This document shows, piece by piece, positions 10,190 through 19,331 of a stretch of DNA of 64,000 nucleotides (position 1 is its first letter; each line of letters begins with the position of its first letter). This stretch comes from Pseudomonadota bacterium. GTDB taxonomy: Bacteria > Bdellovibrionota_F > JAHFAK01 > JBDREC01. Below the pieces are notes generated by a model. It searched no databases. It saw nothing but the letters and a program-made list of their open reading frames with translations, and was not told the origin of the DNA. The stretch spans positions 69,682 through 133,681 of the forward strand of contig JBDREC010000004.1 of assembly GCA_043820105.1 (NCBI GenBank), in the 5' to 3' direction. The translations under genes and the position numbers were made by a program.

Positions 10190-10368
10190 ATGAAACAAGG
10201 ACTTTTAGCAAAACTAATTTTCAGCTCTTTTGTTTTTCTAATATTCTTTTCAAGTTTGAATTAATAAATGAAAATGAAGCAAAGAGTTGGCCAGAGGGCA
10301 AAATTGTAGATATTTTTACTAAAAGACCTTTTGTGTTTAACAAGTTAAAATGTGTTAACTTATTTTAA
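10190..10368 (+). pseudogene. Probable remnant of a secreted protein (signal peptide plus out-of-frame C-terminal CxNLF tail)
   Basis: 10190-10264 encodes MKQGLLAKLIFSSFVFLIFFSSLN*. Another frame (10261-10368) ends FNKLKCVNLF*. Confidence 0.45.
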
Positions 10369-10369
10369 A

Positions 10370-11011
10370 TCAATTAACAGGTATTTGCTCTCTTTCACTT
10401 ACAGGAATTTCATTATCAAAAGATGAAAAATCTGTTGTATCAGAAATAGTTCCAGCTTCTCCTGTTCCAGCGCCTTCATATCGAATACCTTCATCTGTAA
10501 CACTTGTTGCTTTAAAACGACTTGCTGCTTGTAAAGAGGCATCAATATTAGATGAAGTTGAAATTCCAAGATCACCAGATGAAGAGAATAAAGCCAATAA
10601 AGCCTTTTTGTCAAAAGTCTGATTAGGTTCAGGTATTATAATATCTGAAAATGGACCATCCATTGAAGTAATAGATATACTACATTGAGCTTCACAAACA
10701 GCTGCTTGCGAAGGACAATTGCAATTGCATTTAGATCCCAGGTTTGCAAGTTCTAGTTCCGCCCTTTCAAGGTCTCTTTTAGCTCTTTGCATTTCCTCTG
10801 CTGCTAAATTAGATAAATATTCTGAGTTGTCAATTCCAGCAGAGTGATCTTGTTGAACAATTGTAATTTCCTCTCTCATTTTCTGGTAAGCTTCAGACAA
10901 GACTTGTTGTTCATCAGCACTTAGTCTGGATTCATTGTTTGCTAAAAGATTTGTTGATAAACATAAGGTTAATACCATAAAGATACTAAATTTGATAGAT
11001 TTCATAAACAT
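10370..11011 (-). CDS. Secreted hypothetical protein with coiled coil and Cys-rich motif
   Basis: GGAGGG RBS before ATG 11011; signal peptide; coiled coil followed by KCNCNCPSQAAVCEAQC. Confidence 0.75.
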   Translation of the reverse strand: MFMKSIKFSIFMVLTLCLSTNLLANNESRLSADEQQVLSEAYQKMREEITIVQQDHSAGIDNSEYLSNLAAEEMQRAKRDLERAELELANLGSKCNCNCPSQAAVCEAQCSISITSMDGPFSDIIIPEPNQTFDKKALLALFSSSGDLGISTSSNIDASLQAASRFKATSVTDEGIRYEGAGTGEAGTISDTTDFSSFDNEIPVSEREQIPVN

Positions 11012-11055
11012 GTTCCCTCCAAGCAAGAAAAATTAAGTATTCGAAGAATTGTTAT

Positions 11056-11071
11056 TGCAAGAAGTATTCCA
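11056..11071 (-). promoter_or_regulatory. Sigma-54-type promoter
   Basis: Minus strand TGGAATACTTCTTGCA (GG-N10-GC). Confidence 0.55.
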
Positions 11072-11231
11072 AAGAGGGGTGGTTTGAAATGGCCTTAAAA
11101 AACAAAAGCTTACATTTGGTCAGAATATTTGATTATTTTTAAAGTGGTCAATAATTGCGCAAATTTATTAATTATTTTAATAATTAGCAGCAAATTTTAC
11201 AGTAGCTAGTTATATTATTTTACCTTATCTA

Positions 11232-13139
11232 TTAAGAAACTTTCGCTCCTGCCGGGATATCACTATCTATGGTTAAGAGGGTTAGCTTTTTACCTTTAGA
11301 AGCAGCGAGTAGCATTCCATTTGATGCTATGCCACGGATTTTAGCTGGTTTTAGATTGGCTACTAAGGCAACTTTTTTACCAATTAAGCTTTCTTTGTTA
11401 TAAAATTTTGCGATTCCTGCTAAAATTTGCCTGTCAAGTTTACCATCAAATACAATGATTTTTAAAAGCTTGTCAGCATCTTCAACTTTAGAGACTTCTT
11501 TTATTTCAGCAATTACTATTTTTACTTTGAAAAAATCTTCAATGTCAATTAGGCCTTCTTCTATTTCTTTGACCGGCTCTTTTTGTTTTTCAACTTTTTG
11601 GCTACATGCTTTGATTTCTATTCTTGGGAATAGAGGTTTTACTTCCTTTATTTCTTTGCCTGAAGTTAAATTACCCCATACAAGGTCATTGTCAAAGGAA
11701 CAGTTGCTTATACTTTTATCATACATATAAGAAAGAGCCACGTCAGCCTTAGTATTTAATATGGGTGATAAAAGGATTGTGGCAAACCTTAGACCCTCGA
11801 GTGCTGAGTATAAAATGGAATTAAGATCTTCTTTTTTATCTTCTTTAAACTTTGTCCACGGAGCTTGGGTATCAATGAATTTATTTATTTTTCTAACTAA
11901 GCCCAATATATCTTCAATTAAAAGTGGTAATTGAAATGTATCAAGTTTTTCTTTAACAAGCGAGCATAAAATTTGAGCACTATCTTTTATTTCTTTTCCA
12001 ATAAAGTTATCTATCTCAGGTTTTTCTGGTATGATTGAATTATTATATTTTTTAATCATATTTAGGGTCCTTGAAAGACAATTTCCATAGTCATTGGCAA
12101 GGTCTGAGTTTATTCTTAATTGAATTAATTCTTCAGAAAAATTAGCATCTTTTCCAAGGGTCATTTCTTTTATTACGAAATACCTGAATTGGTCTATGCC
12201 ATATTTTTCCCCCATTTTTAAAGCTTCAACAACATTGCCAACTGATTTGGACATTTTTCCACCATCAAGTTTCCACCATCCATGAGCAACAATTGATTTG
12301 GGCAGAGGGATGCAAGCAGCCATAAGCATTGTAGGCCAGTAAACACAGTGAGTTGTTGCTATGTCTTTTCCAATAATATGGACTGCGGGCCAATATTTTT
12401 CAAATGAATCTTTATCTTTTAAAAAGCCAATTCCAGTTATATAGTTTAATAAAGCATCAAACCATACATAGGTTACATATTCAGAATCAAAAGGAAGTTC
12501 AATTCCCCAGGAAAGTCTAGATTTAGGTCTGGAAATACAAAGGTCTTCAAGTGGTTTTTTTAAAAAACCAAGGATTTCATTTTTTCGGCTCACTGGTTGG
12601 ATGAATTCTGGATTATCATTTATATGCTTAATAAGCTTTTCCTGGTACTTGCTCATTTTAAAGAAATAATTTTTTTCTTTTATTTTTGTCACTTCTCTTG
12701 AACAATCTGGGCAGTTTCCATCAACTAAATCCTTTTCTGTCCAGAATCGTTCATCACTAACGCAGTAAAGACCCTCATATTCCGCAGAATAAATTTCGCC
12801 AATATCAAAAAGCTGTTTAAGAACGCTTTGAACAACTTTTTTATGATCTTCATCTGTAGTTCTTATAAAGCGATTGTATTTAATTTTTAGAAAATCAAAT
12901 TCATCTTTGAAGCGTTTGGACATTTCATCACAATGATCTTTAGGTTTTTTTTGCAGTCTATCCGCAGCTTGTTGAACTTTTTGCCCGTGCTCATCTGTGC
13001 CTGTTAAAAAGCAGACTTCTTTGCTTAAAAGTTTCTGATATCCAGCCATTACATCCGCGAAGATGGTGGTATATGCATGCCCTAGATGGGGCTTGTCATT
13101 AACATAATAAATGGGAGTGGTTATGTAATATTGTTCCAT
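11232..13139 (-). CDS. metG: Methionine-tRNA ligase with C-terminal tRNA-binding domain
   Basis: YYITTPIYY, HLGH, GTDEHG, YVWFDAL and KMSKS motifs; C-terminal OB fold (NLKPAKIRG). Confidence 0.98.
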   Translation of the reverse strand: MEQYYITTPIYYVNDKPHLGHAYTTIFADVMAGYQKLLSKEVCFLTGTDEHGQKVQQAADRLQKKPKDHCDEMSKRFKDEFDFLKIKYNRFIRTTDEDHKKVVQSVLKQLFDIGEIYSAEYEGLYCVSDERFWTEKDLVDGNCPDCSREVTKIKEKNYFFKMSKYQEKLIKHINDNPEFIQPVSRKNEILGFLKKPLEDLCISRPKSRLSWGIELPFDSEYVTYVWFDALLNYITGIGFLKDKDSFEKYWPAVHIIGKDIATTHCVYWPTMLMAACIPLPKSIVAHGWWKLDGGKMSKSVGNVVEALKMGEKYGIDQFRYFVIKEMTLGKDANFSEELIQLRINSDLANDYGNCLSRTLNMIKKYNNSIIPEKPEIDNFIGKEIKDSAQILCSLVKEKLDTFQLPLLIEDILGLVRKINKFIDTQAPWTKFKEDKKEDLNSILYSALEGLRFATILLSPILNTKADVALSYMYDKSISNCSFDNDLVWGNLTSGKEIKEVKPLFPRIEIKACSQKVEKQKEPVKEIEEGLIDIEDFFKVKIVIAEIKEVSKVEDADKLLKIIVFDGKLDRQILAGIAKFYNKESLIGKKVALVANLKPAKIRGIASNGMLLAASKGKKLTLLTIDSDIPAGAKVS

Positions 13140-13329
13140 TTGTTTTCCTTACAGTTTGCACATATATGAGCGCTTATATAACACATTTTAATTATGCGTA
13201 AACAAAAAAATCATTTTCTATAGTACATTTTTTACATAATCGTGACAATTCTTTAACTTTGAGATGACACCATGATTATCAAGTTATGCTACATATGTTC
13301 TTGTCAATAACAAGAAAAAGGAGTTAAAA

Positions 13330-14121
13330 ATGACAAGGACAATAGCAATAATAAGCTTAATAATAATGTTAGTATCAAAACTATTTAGTCAAGAAGCAAG
13401 TGTTGCTTCTTCTGCTAGCAAGGTTGATTTAGCGGGAAGTTTAAAAACAAAAGTATCTTATAAATTACTTGATTCAACATCTTTATCATTTAATCAAAAG
13501 GTAGATGCTGAAATAAAGTTTTTCGAAAAATTTTCAACTGTAGCAGCAGTTTCATTTGATTTTGATATTGAAACAGTTGATAAACCAATACTGGAAACTG
13601 GTTTGCAATATGCAAACCAGTATTCAAGTTTTTTTGATGTTTTTCATATGACAAAGCTAAATGCTGAAACTCCATTGTATGGAAGTAAATTAGACTCTGG
13701 CTTAATAACAAAGCTTAACCTAAATAATATTCTTAATAAAAGTCTTGGATCATTTGTTGTTAATGTTGTGGATGTCAACACTTTATATATAACTGAAAAT
13801 AAATATGATAACAATGATCCTGAAAACGCACACATGCTTTATTCTCACTATGATAGGTTAAGGTTGTTAGTAAAAGTATTTGGAAAAGTATTGCTTGGTT
13901 CTCAGTCTGAATATTTTCTAAATATGAAAAATGTATTAGCTGAAAATGATGAGGGCTCTAATGTTTTAAATTACTTTTATACTGGCCTCTATACAAAGGT
14001 TAATTTTACGGACTTTTTAAATTTAGAGTTTAACGCAAAAACAGGTGGAAACCTTAGTAATATAGAACTTTTAGATCCAAGCAACATAAAGCTAAGTGCA
14101 TCATTAACATTTAAGATCTAG
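13330..14121 (+). CDS. Putative outer-membrane beta-barrel protein
   Basis: AGGAG RBS; signal peptide; amphipathic beta strands; C-terminus LSASLTFKI. Confidence 0.6.
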   Translation: MTRTIAIISLIIMLVSKLFSQEASVASSASKVDLAGSLKTKVSYKLLDSTSLSFNQKVDAEIKFFEKFSTVAAVSFDFDIETVDKPILETGLQYANQYSSFFDVFHMTKLNAETPLYGSKLDSGLITKLNLNNILNKSLGSFVVNVVDVNTLYITENKYDNNDPENAHMLYSHYDRLRLLVKVFGKVLLGSQSEYFLNMKNVLAENDEGSNVLNYFYTGLYTKVNFTDFLNLEFNAKTGGNLSNIELLDPSNIKLSASLTFKI

Positions 14122-14188
14122 GGTTAATTCTATGTTGTCTTTCATTAAATATCTTGATTTATATTGGCAAAAAAAATAGGACATAGTT

Positions 14189-15463
14189 ATGACACTAATG
14201 AATTTAAAGAAAATATTTAATTTAAATATTATTAGCTTAATTTGTTTTTGCTTTTTACTTGAAGCTTCCCCAGCTAATGAAAACTGTTTTGAAAGATTTT
14301 TTAAAATTCTTGCAAGTGAAGATAGCAAAAGTGTAGAACTCATTAAAGAGTACGAAAGTATCTTGAAAGAGTGTAATGAATCTGAGTTGTTGCCACTTGT
14401 TAGACAAAGACTTGCCTATTTTTATGAAATTGTAGGGAAAGACAAAGAAGCCCTGCATTTATACTCCCAAAAATCAAATTTTTATTCAAATGATTTGCTT
14501 GAACTTGGAAACCTTATTGGCATTAAAAGAACTAAGTCAAAACTTGGGAATAAATCAAGTCTTGCCGAGACTTTTCCAGATGAACGAGCATTTTCAGACG
14601 CAAGGGCAGCGGTAAAAAACCAAGATCCACATGCAAAAAAGATGACCCTTGATTTTTTAAAAAAATATCCAAAATCAACACGTGTCCCAATGGCTAATTT
14701 AATGTTAGGACTTTTGGCGAAACAAAGAAGAAACTTTGAGGAAACACTTCTCTATCTTAAAAAGGCAATGCAAGACAAAGAAGTTAGAGACGATGAAGGA
14801 TATAAAATTGCTTTAATTGCAGCTTATGAGCAGGGAAATGCTTATTTGACTCTAGATAGGTTAGATGAAGCAAAAGCCCAGTATGCCTTCATTTTGAAAA
14901 CCTTTCCCAATGATAACATGCCTTATGGTGGTGAGGTCTTTAACGCTAAATATAGAATGTTGTATAAAGTCGCAGCCTTAAGAAACCTTAATTCATATAG
15001 TGACTTTATTTCATCTAGAGCAATGTTTTACAATGCCCTTTCTGGTAAAAACAAAAAAGATGTAAGTGAAGAAATAAAAAGCTTTCGAGAAGTTGATACA
15101 AAGTTTACAAATACAAACTATGGAGGCTTGGCTTTGTTTCAAGAAGCTTTGCTTTATTTGGCTGAAGCTGATCCCGAACAAAAGAAAAGAGGGCTTGGAA
15201 AGCTTGGCAAGGTTATAGAAAAATACTATTGGTCCAGGACAGAGCAGGGAATGTCTTTAGGTCTTTTGGCCAAGGCTTTATTAGCAGAACATTATTATAA
15301 TCACGGTGATTGTAAAAACGCCGAATATTATTCAAAGCAAGTGGAACATAATTCAGAGATAATAGACTATAAAAGCCTATCAGAAGAAATTCAATTTTCT
15401 CATCCAGATTATGAAAGAATTCTGTTCATATCGCAACAATGCAAGCCCAGGAGCAGAAGATGA
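14189..15463 (+). CDS. Secreted tetratricopeptide-repeat protein
   Basis: Signal peptide; TPR-like helices (FLKKYPKS, AAYEQGNAY...EAKAQY). Stop overlaps the kinase start (ATGA). Confidence 0.75.
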   Translation: MTLMNLKKIFNLNIISLICFCFLLEASPANENCFERFFKILASEDSKSVELIKEYESILKECNESELLPLVRQRLAYFYEIVGKDKEALHLYSQKSNFYSNDLLELGNLIGIKRTKSKLGNKSSLAETFPDERAFSDARAAVKNQDPHAKKMTLDFLKKYPKSTRVPMANLMLGLLAKQRRNFEETLLYLKKAMQDKEVRDDEGYKIALIAAYEQGNAYLTLDRLDEAKAQYAFILKTFPNDNMPYGGEVFNAKYRMLYKVAALRNLNSYSDFISSRAMFYNALSGKNKKDVSEEIKSFREVDTKFTNTNYGGLALFQEALLYLAEADPEQKKRGLGKLGKVIEKYYWSRTEQGMSLGLLAKALLAEHYYNHGDCKNAEYYSKQVEHNSEIIDYKSLSEEIQFSHPDYERILFISQQCKPRSRR

Positions 15464-17370
15464 TTAGGGCAAAATTAAAATATGCATTTATGGGTCTTGC
15501 TATTATCTTAATTTCTATATTAATGGTTTTAATTGCATATATGCTTATTGACTCACTAAGGGCAGAAGAAAGAGCTTATCAAAAGTCTTTGCAAGGTTAT
15601 TATGAACCACTTCTTACTAGCCTGAAGCAAGAAGTCCTGGATCTTTTAACAAATGTTGATAAACATGAAAAAGCATATTTAAAGAAATATGAGCTAGATG
15701 AAAACCGCCGGTTTTTAGATCTCCCAAAAGATTTAAAGTATTTTAGTTCTTTTTCCTGGGATAATGCAGATCAGAATTTTAAATATACAGAGCGTCTAAT
15801 AGCCTTAGAAGCTAGTTGTGATAAGGAAAATCCTAGTGTGCTAAATGCTTATGATGAGCTAATTAATAAAGCCCCTTCAATTGCCTTGAGAGCGGAGTTT
15901 TCATGGCGAAAGCTTTTAAAAATTAAAAAACTAAGGCCAAAGCAAGAATTTAAAGAAAAGCTTATCTCATTTATTGAAACCTTTTCCAATGTTTTAACTT
16001 ATTGGTCTTTACCATATTCCTTCCATGCTCTTGAATTATATTATTATGAATTTCAAAATGACGAAGTTTTTAAAAGCTTATTTTATAATTTTACAAATAA
16101 TGAACTTGAAAATACTTTTGAGCTATTAATTTATCAAAAGCCACATTTTATTTTAAAATATTTAAATAATCTTACAAAGCTTTCATTGGCTGATAGTATC
16201 GAAAATAAAAAAATTGTTTCTTGGATGACCAGGGTGTTTCCATATTATCATATTAATGAGCGAATTAGTAAAAGAGTCTCGGTTTCAGATTATGAAATAT
16301 ATCATAAAGCAAATTTTATTAATAATGAACTTGAATACTATGTTCCTGTAAAAGCTGGATCTAAATTATCTGTATATCATCTAGACATTGCATATATTGA
16401 GGGTTTTATTAATGAACTAGCTAGAAATGATGGGATAAGGTTTCCTGTGAAAATAGGGAGTATATATTCCTTTGCCAAGGACAATAATAATGTATATGTA
16501 TTATTGCAGGATAATTTGGTAATCTATGGCGAGCCTTTGCGATCAGAAAGCGCTGAGGTTGTGCAAAAAATTAAAACTAAAATGAGCATAACAATTTTAA
16601 TAATTGTTTTAGTGATTCTTTTAATGGCAATTGTTTTGTTTGTGCTTATATACAATTTATCTATTTCAAATAAGCTTAATAAGGCCAAATCAGATTTTGT
16701 AGCCACAGTATCTCATGAGTTAAAAACACCAATAACAGCGGTTAAAATGTTTACAGAAATGATTCAAAGCAAGATTGTTACTGATCCTGTAAAGATTGAT
16801 GGCTATTATCGCTCAATTTTATATGAATGCGATCGCTTAACCAGGATGATTAATAATCTGCTTAGTTACGCGAACATTGAAAAAGGTAGCCAGCAATATA
16901 AAATGTCTGAAGTATCTGTTAACACAATTTTAAACACTGTTCTGGATATTATGTCAGTTACAACAAAAGGAAAGGGTTTTATAGTTGAAACAGAAATTGA
17001 AAAAGACCTTCCTTTTATCAAAGCTGATCCTGATTTGCTCACCCAATCTTTTATTAATCTGCTGTCAAATAGTGTGAAATATTCTTCAGATGAAAAATTT
17101 ATTAAGATCAAGGCTTATAAAAACGAGGCTTATATTTTTATCGTTTTTAAAGATCATGGAATAGGTATTTCTGAAAGAGAAAAGGCAAAGGTTTTTAATA
17201 GTTTTTATAGGGTGTTGCAAGAGGGTGACATGGGTGTTGTGCCTGGATCTGGTATTGGTCTTTATTTAGTTAAACAACATATTGAGACTCATGGCGGTAC
17301 TGTTTTACTTGAATCAGAAAAGGGTAAAGGAACAACTGTCACATTAAAACTGCCAATTAACCTGGGCTAG
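15460..17370 (+). CDS. Membrane sensor histidine kinase
   Basis: Two TM helices around a large periplasmic domain; SHELKTP H-box, NLLSNSVKY, DHGIG and GSGIGL motifs. Confidence 0.95.
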   Translation: MIRAKLKYAFMGLAIILISILMVLIAYMLIDSLRAEERAYQKSLQGYYEPLLTSLKQEVLDLLTNVDKHEKAYLKKYELDENRRFLDLPKDLKYFSSFSWDNADQNFKYTERLIALEASCDKENPSVLNAYDELINKAPSIALRAEFSWRKLLKIKKLRPKQEFKEKLISFIETFSNVLTYWSLPYSFHALELYYYEFQNDEVFKSLFYNFTNNELENTFELLIYQKPHFILKYLNNLTKLSLADSIENKKIVSWMTRVFPYYHINERISKRVSVSDYEIYHKANFINNELEYYVPVKAGSKLSVYHLDIAYIEGFINELARNDGIRFPVKIGSIYSFAKDNNNVYVLLQDNLVIYGEPLRSESAEVVQKIKTKMSITILIIVLVILLMAIVLFVLIYNLSISNKLNKAKSDFVATVSHELKTPITAVKMFTEMIQSKIVTDPVKIDGYYRSILYECDRLTRMINNLLSYANIEKGSQQYKMSEVSVNTILNTVLDIMSVTTKGKGFIVETEIEKDLPFIKADPDLLTQSFINLLSNSVKYSSDEKFIKIKAYKNEAYIFIVFKDHGIGISEREKAKVFNSFYRVLQEGDMGVVPGSGIGLYLVKQHIETHGGTVLLESEKGKGTTVTLKLPINLG

Positions 17371-17393
17371 TCTTTTATTAAGGAGATTAGAAA

Positions 17394-18080
17394 ATGAATT
17401 TTAAAATATTAATCGTTGAAGATGAAGAATGTATTTTAAGAGGTTTAAAAGATGCATTTTCTTCCATGGGTTTTGAAGTTGAAGCAGCTTCAACAGGAAA
17501 AGAAGCTGTAAGCAAAGCTGAAAGCTTTAAGCCTCATATAATGATTCTTGATGTTATGCTACCTTGCTATGATGGTTTTGAGGTTTGCAGAAAAATGGGA
17601 AAAGCAAATTTCCCAATTGTTATGTTAACTGCTAAAAATACTGATATGGATAAAGTAACTGGTTTTGAGCTTGGAATTGAGGATTATGTGACAAAGCCAT
17701 TTTCTATTATTGAACTTGTGGCCAGAGTAAAAGCTATCTTAAAAAGGCATTATGAAAACAAGGAAGAGCTGGGCATAATAAAAATTGGTGATGTAGAAAT
17801 TGATTTTAATAAATTTGAAGTTAAAAAAAATAATGCAAGCCCTGAGCTTTCTCCAAAATGCTTTGAGCTTTTAAAATATCTTTATGAAAATGCCGGAAAT
17901 GCTGTGTCAAGATTTGATCTTATGGACAAGGTTTGGGGAATGGATAAGGATCTAAATACTAGAACCATTGATAATCATATTGTTAGGCTTAGAAATTTGA
18001 TAGAAAAAGATCCTAAAAATCCTGAAATTCTTTTAACTATTCATGGAATTGGTTATAAGCTAAAATTAGGAAAAAATTAA
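17394..18080 (+). CDS. OmpR/PhoB-family response regulator
   Basis: VEDE, LDVMLP, DYVTKPF receiver motifs; winged helix RTIDNHIVRLR...GIGYK. Confidence 0.96.
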   Translation: MNFKILIVEDEECILRGLKDAFSSMGFEVEAASTGKEAVSKAESFKPHIMILDVMLPCYDGFEVCRKMGKANFPIVMLTAKNTDMDKVTGFELGIEDYVTKPFSIIELVARVKAILKRHYENKEELGIIKIGDVEIDFNKFEVKKNNASPELSPKCFELLKYLYENAGNAVSRFDLMDKVWGMDKDLNTRTIDNHIVRLRNLIEKDPKNPEILLTIHGIGYKLKLGKN

Positions 18081-18103
18081 CGGGGGAAGAACTCTTCCCC
18101 CGT
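18071..18103 (-). terminator. Rho-independent terminator (hairpin may act in both directions)
   Basis: Stem ACGGGGGAAG/CTTCCCCCGT with 4-nt loop, followed on the minus strand by TAATTTTTT. Confidence 0.85.
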
Positions 18104-18282
18104 ATGACATGGTTGGTAAGGGAGGCATACGCCCTTTCGTTATGGTTTCCTAGGTATCACTTTTATTCACAAAATTTTTTAAATTCAAATCCATTTCAAC
18201 TTGCATACATCAAAAACAAATATATCAATTTCAAAGAAACTTTTTTTCTTCAATTATGAATTTTATTTTGTAAATATGTAAA
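18071..18282 (-). ncRNA. Candidate sigma-54-dependent small RNA (~210 nt)
   Basis: Lies between a consensus sigma-54 promoter and a terminator; no substantial ORF; contains CCUCCCUU. Confidence 0.55.
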
Positions 18283-18291
18283 TTTTTTATC

Positions 18292-18308
18292 ATGCAAATT
18301 GCGTGCCA
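18292..18308 (-). promoter_or_regulatory. Consensus sigma-54 promoter
   Basis: Minus strand TGGCACGCAATTTGCAT, a perfect TGGCACG-N4-TTGCA. Confidence 0.8.
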
Positions 18309-18631
18309 CTTTTCCTCAGAAGGGGACTTGAATAATATCAAACAGATAGGTCAAAAACTTACTGTATATAATTTTATATTTTTCTAAAATGAAAAAAAAA
18401 TTCTCAAATTTGATTATTGTTTCAAAAATGAGGAAATTTTAGTAAAACTTATTAAGACCTATGTGCATAAAAAAAATGACATTAGGGTTTCTGAGTTTTT
18501 ATTCATTTGGTTCTTTTTTTAAGTTTTAAGCTTTTTTAAAAACTAAGCCATTTCCATTTTTAACTACTTTATGGTATAATATATTAATTGGCATATATTT
18601 AGTCTTTTAAAGTGAGTTGAGGAGATGAAAA

Positions 18632-19219
18632 ATGAAAAGTATAATAATATCAGCATGTTTGTTTTTCATGTTTGGGAGTTTTTCTGCTGATTCATTTGAA
18701 TTGGATAATTGTGCTTTTGATCCAAAAGAACCTTTTAAGATAGCTTCAGATGACATAAGGTCTTATATTAATAAATATTATCGTGATTTTGCTGAATATA
18801 TTAATTATCCAATAAAATATAAGCTTCCTTATCAAGTGGGGCTCGGTGCATTTTTTCTGCCTATTTCAGATTGGGAAGGTAGGCTTGCAGAAATTGGAAA
18901 AGATGAAGCTATTAGCAGACTGCCGTCTGAATATAAAGCATACAATCCAGCACTTTGTACCATTGCACATTCTGAGGCTGAATTGGGATCTTTAGTAGTG
19001 ATAAATCTTTTAGACAAAAAAATCGAAGACACCCTGGGAAAAGAAGAGCCTGTTCAGTTTCTTTCAGCTATTGCAATTGTAACTGAAAGATTAAAGGATG
19101 ATCAGGGTTTATCAGTGGCCAGGCTGTCCTTAGCAGTTCAGGAAGCCTTAAATGTTAAAGGCGATGCAAGCCCACATATAGCCTTAACATTTTATCAAGA
19201 AAATCCACAAGAAGAATAA
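18632..19219 (+). CDS. Secreted hypothetical protein
   Basis: GAGGAG RBS; signal peptide MKSIIISACLFFMFGSFSA. Confidence 0.75.
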   Translation: MKSIIISACLFFMFGSFSADSFELDNCAFDPKEPFKIASDDIRSYINKYYRDFAEYINYPIKYKLPYQVGLGAFFLPISDWEGRLAEIGKDEAISRLPSEYKAYNPALCTIAHSEAELGSLVVINLLDKKIEDTLGKEEPVQFLSAIAIVTERLKDDQGLSVARLSLAVQEALNVKGDASPHIALTFYQENPQEE

Positions 19220-19222
19220 TAT

Positions 19223-19250
19223 AATTCTAAACACTAAGCACCAAATTTTA
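19223..19250 (+). repeat. Degenerate heptamer array just after a stop codon
   Basis: aattcta aacacta agcacca aatttta. Confidence 0.5.
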
Positions 19251-19331
19251 ACCCTACTCTTCTAACTTGCCATTTCATTAAATTCTTTCTAATCTTTGTC
19301 TTAATATTCAACTCTATTTTGGTCAAAATCT

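Noticed and set aside
10132..10368. 78-aa ORF as an intact gene
   Set aside because: No RBS at its TTG start; better explained as a signal-peptide ORF plus an out-of-frame tail.
18125..18155. c-di-GMP-I riboswitch (GGAAACC...CGAAAG on the minus strand)
   Set aside because: No closing GG-GACGCAAAG or second stem, and no downstream gene.
18589..18603. Sigma-54 promoter before the 195-aa gene (TGGCATATATTTAGT)
   Set aside because: Poor -12 box; an extended -10 TGGTATAAT at 18572-18580 explains expression equally well.
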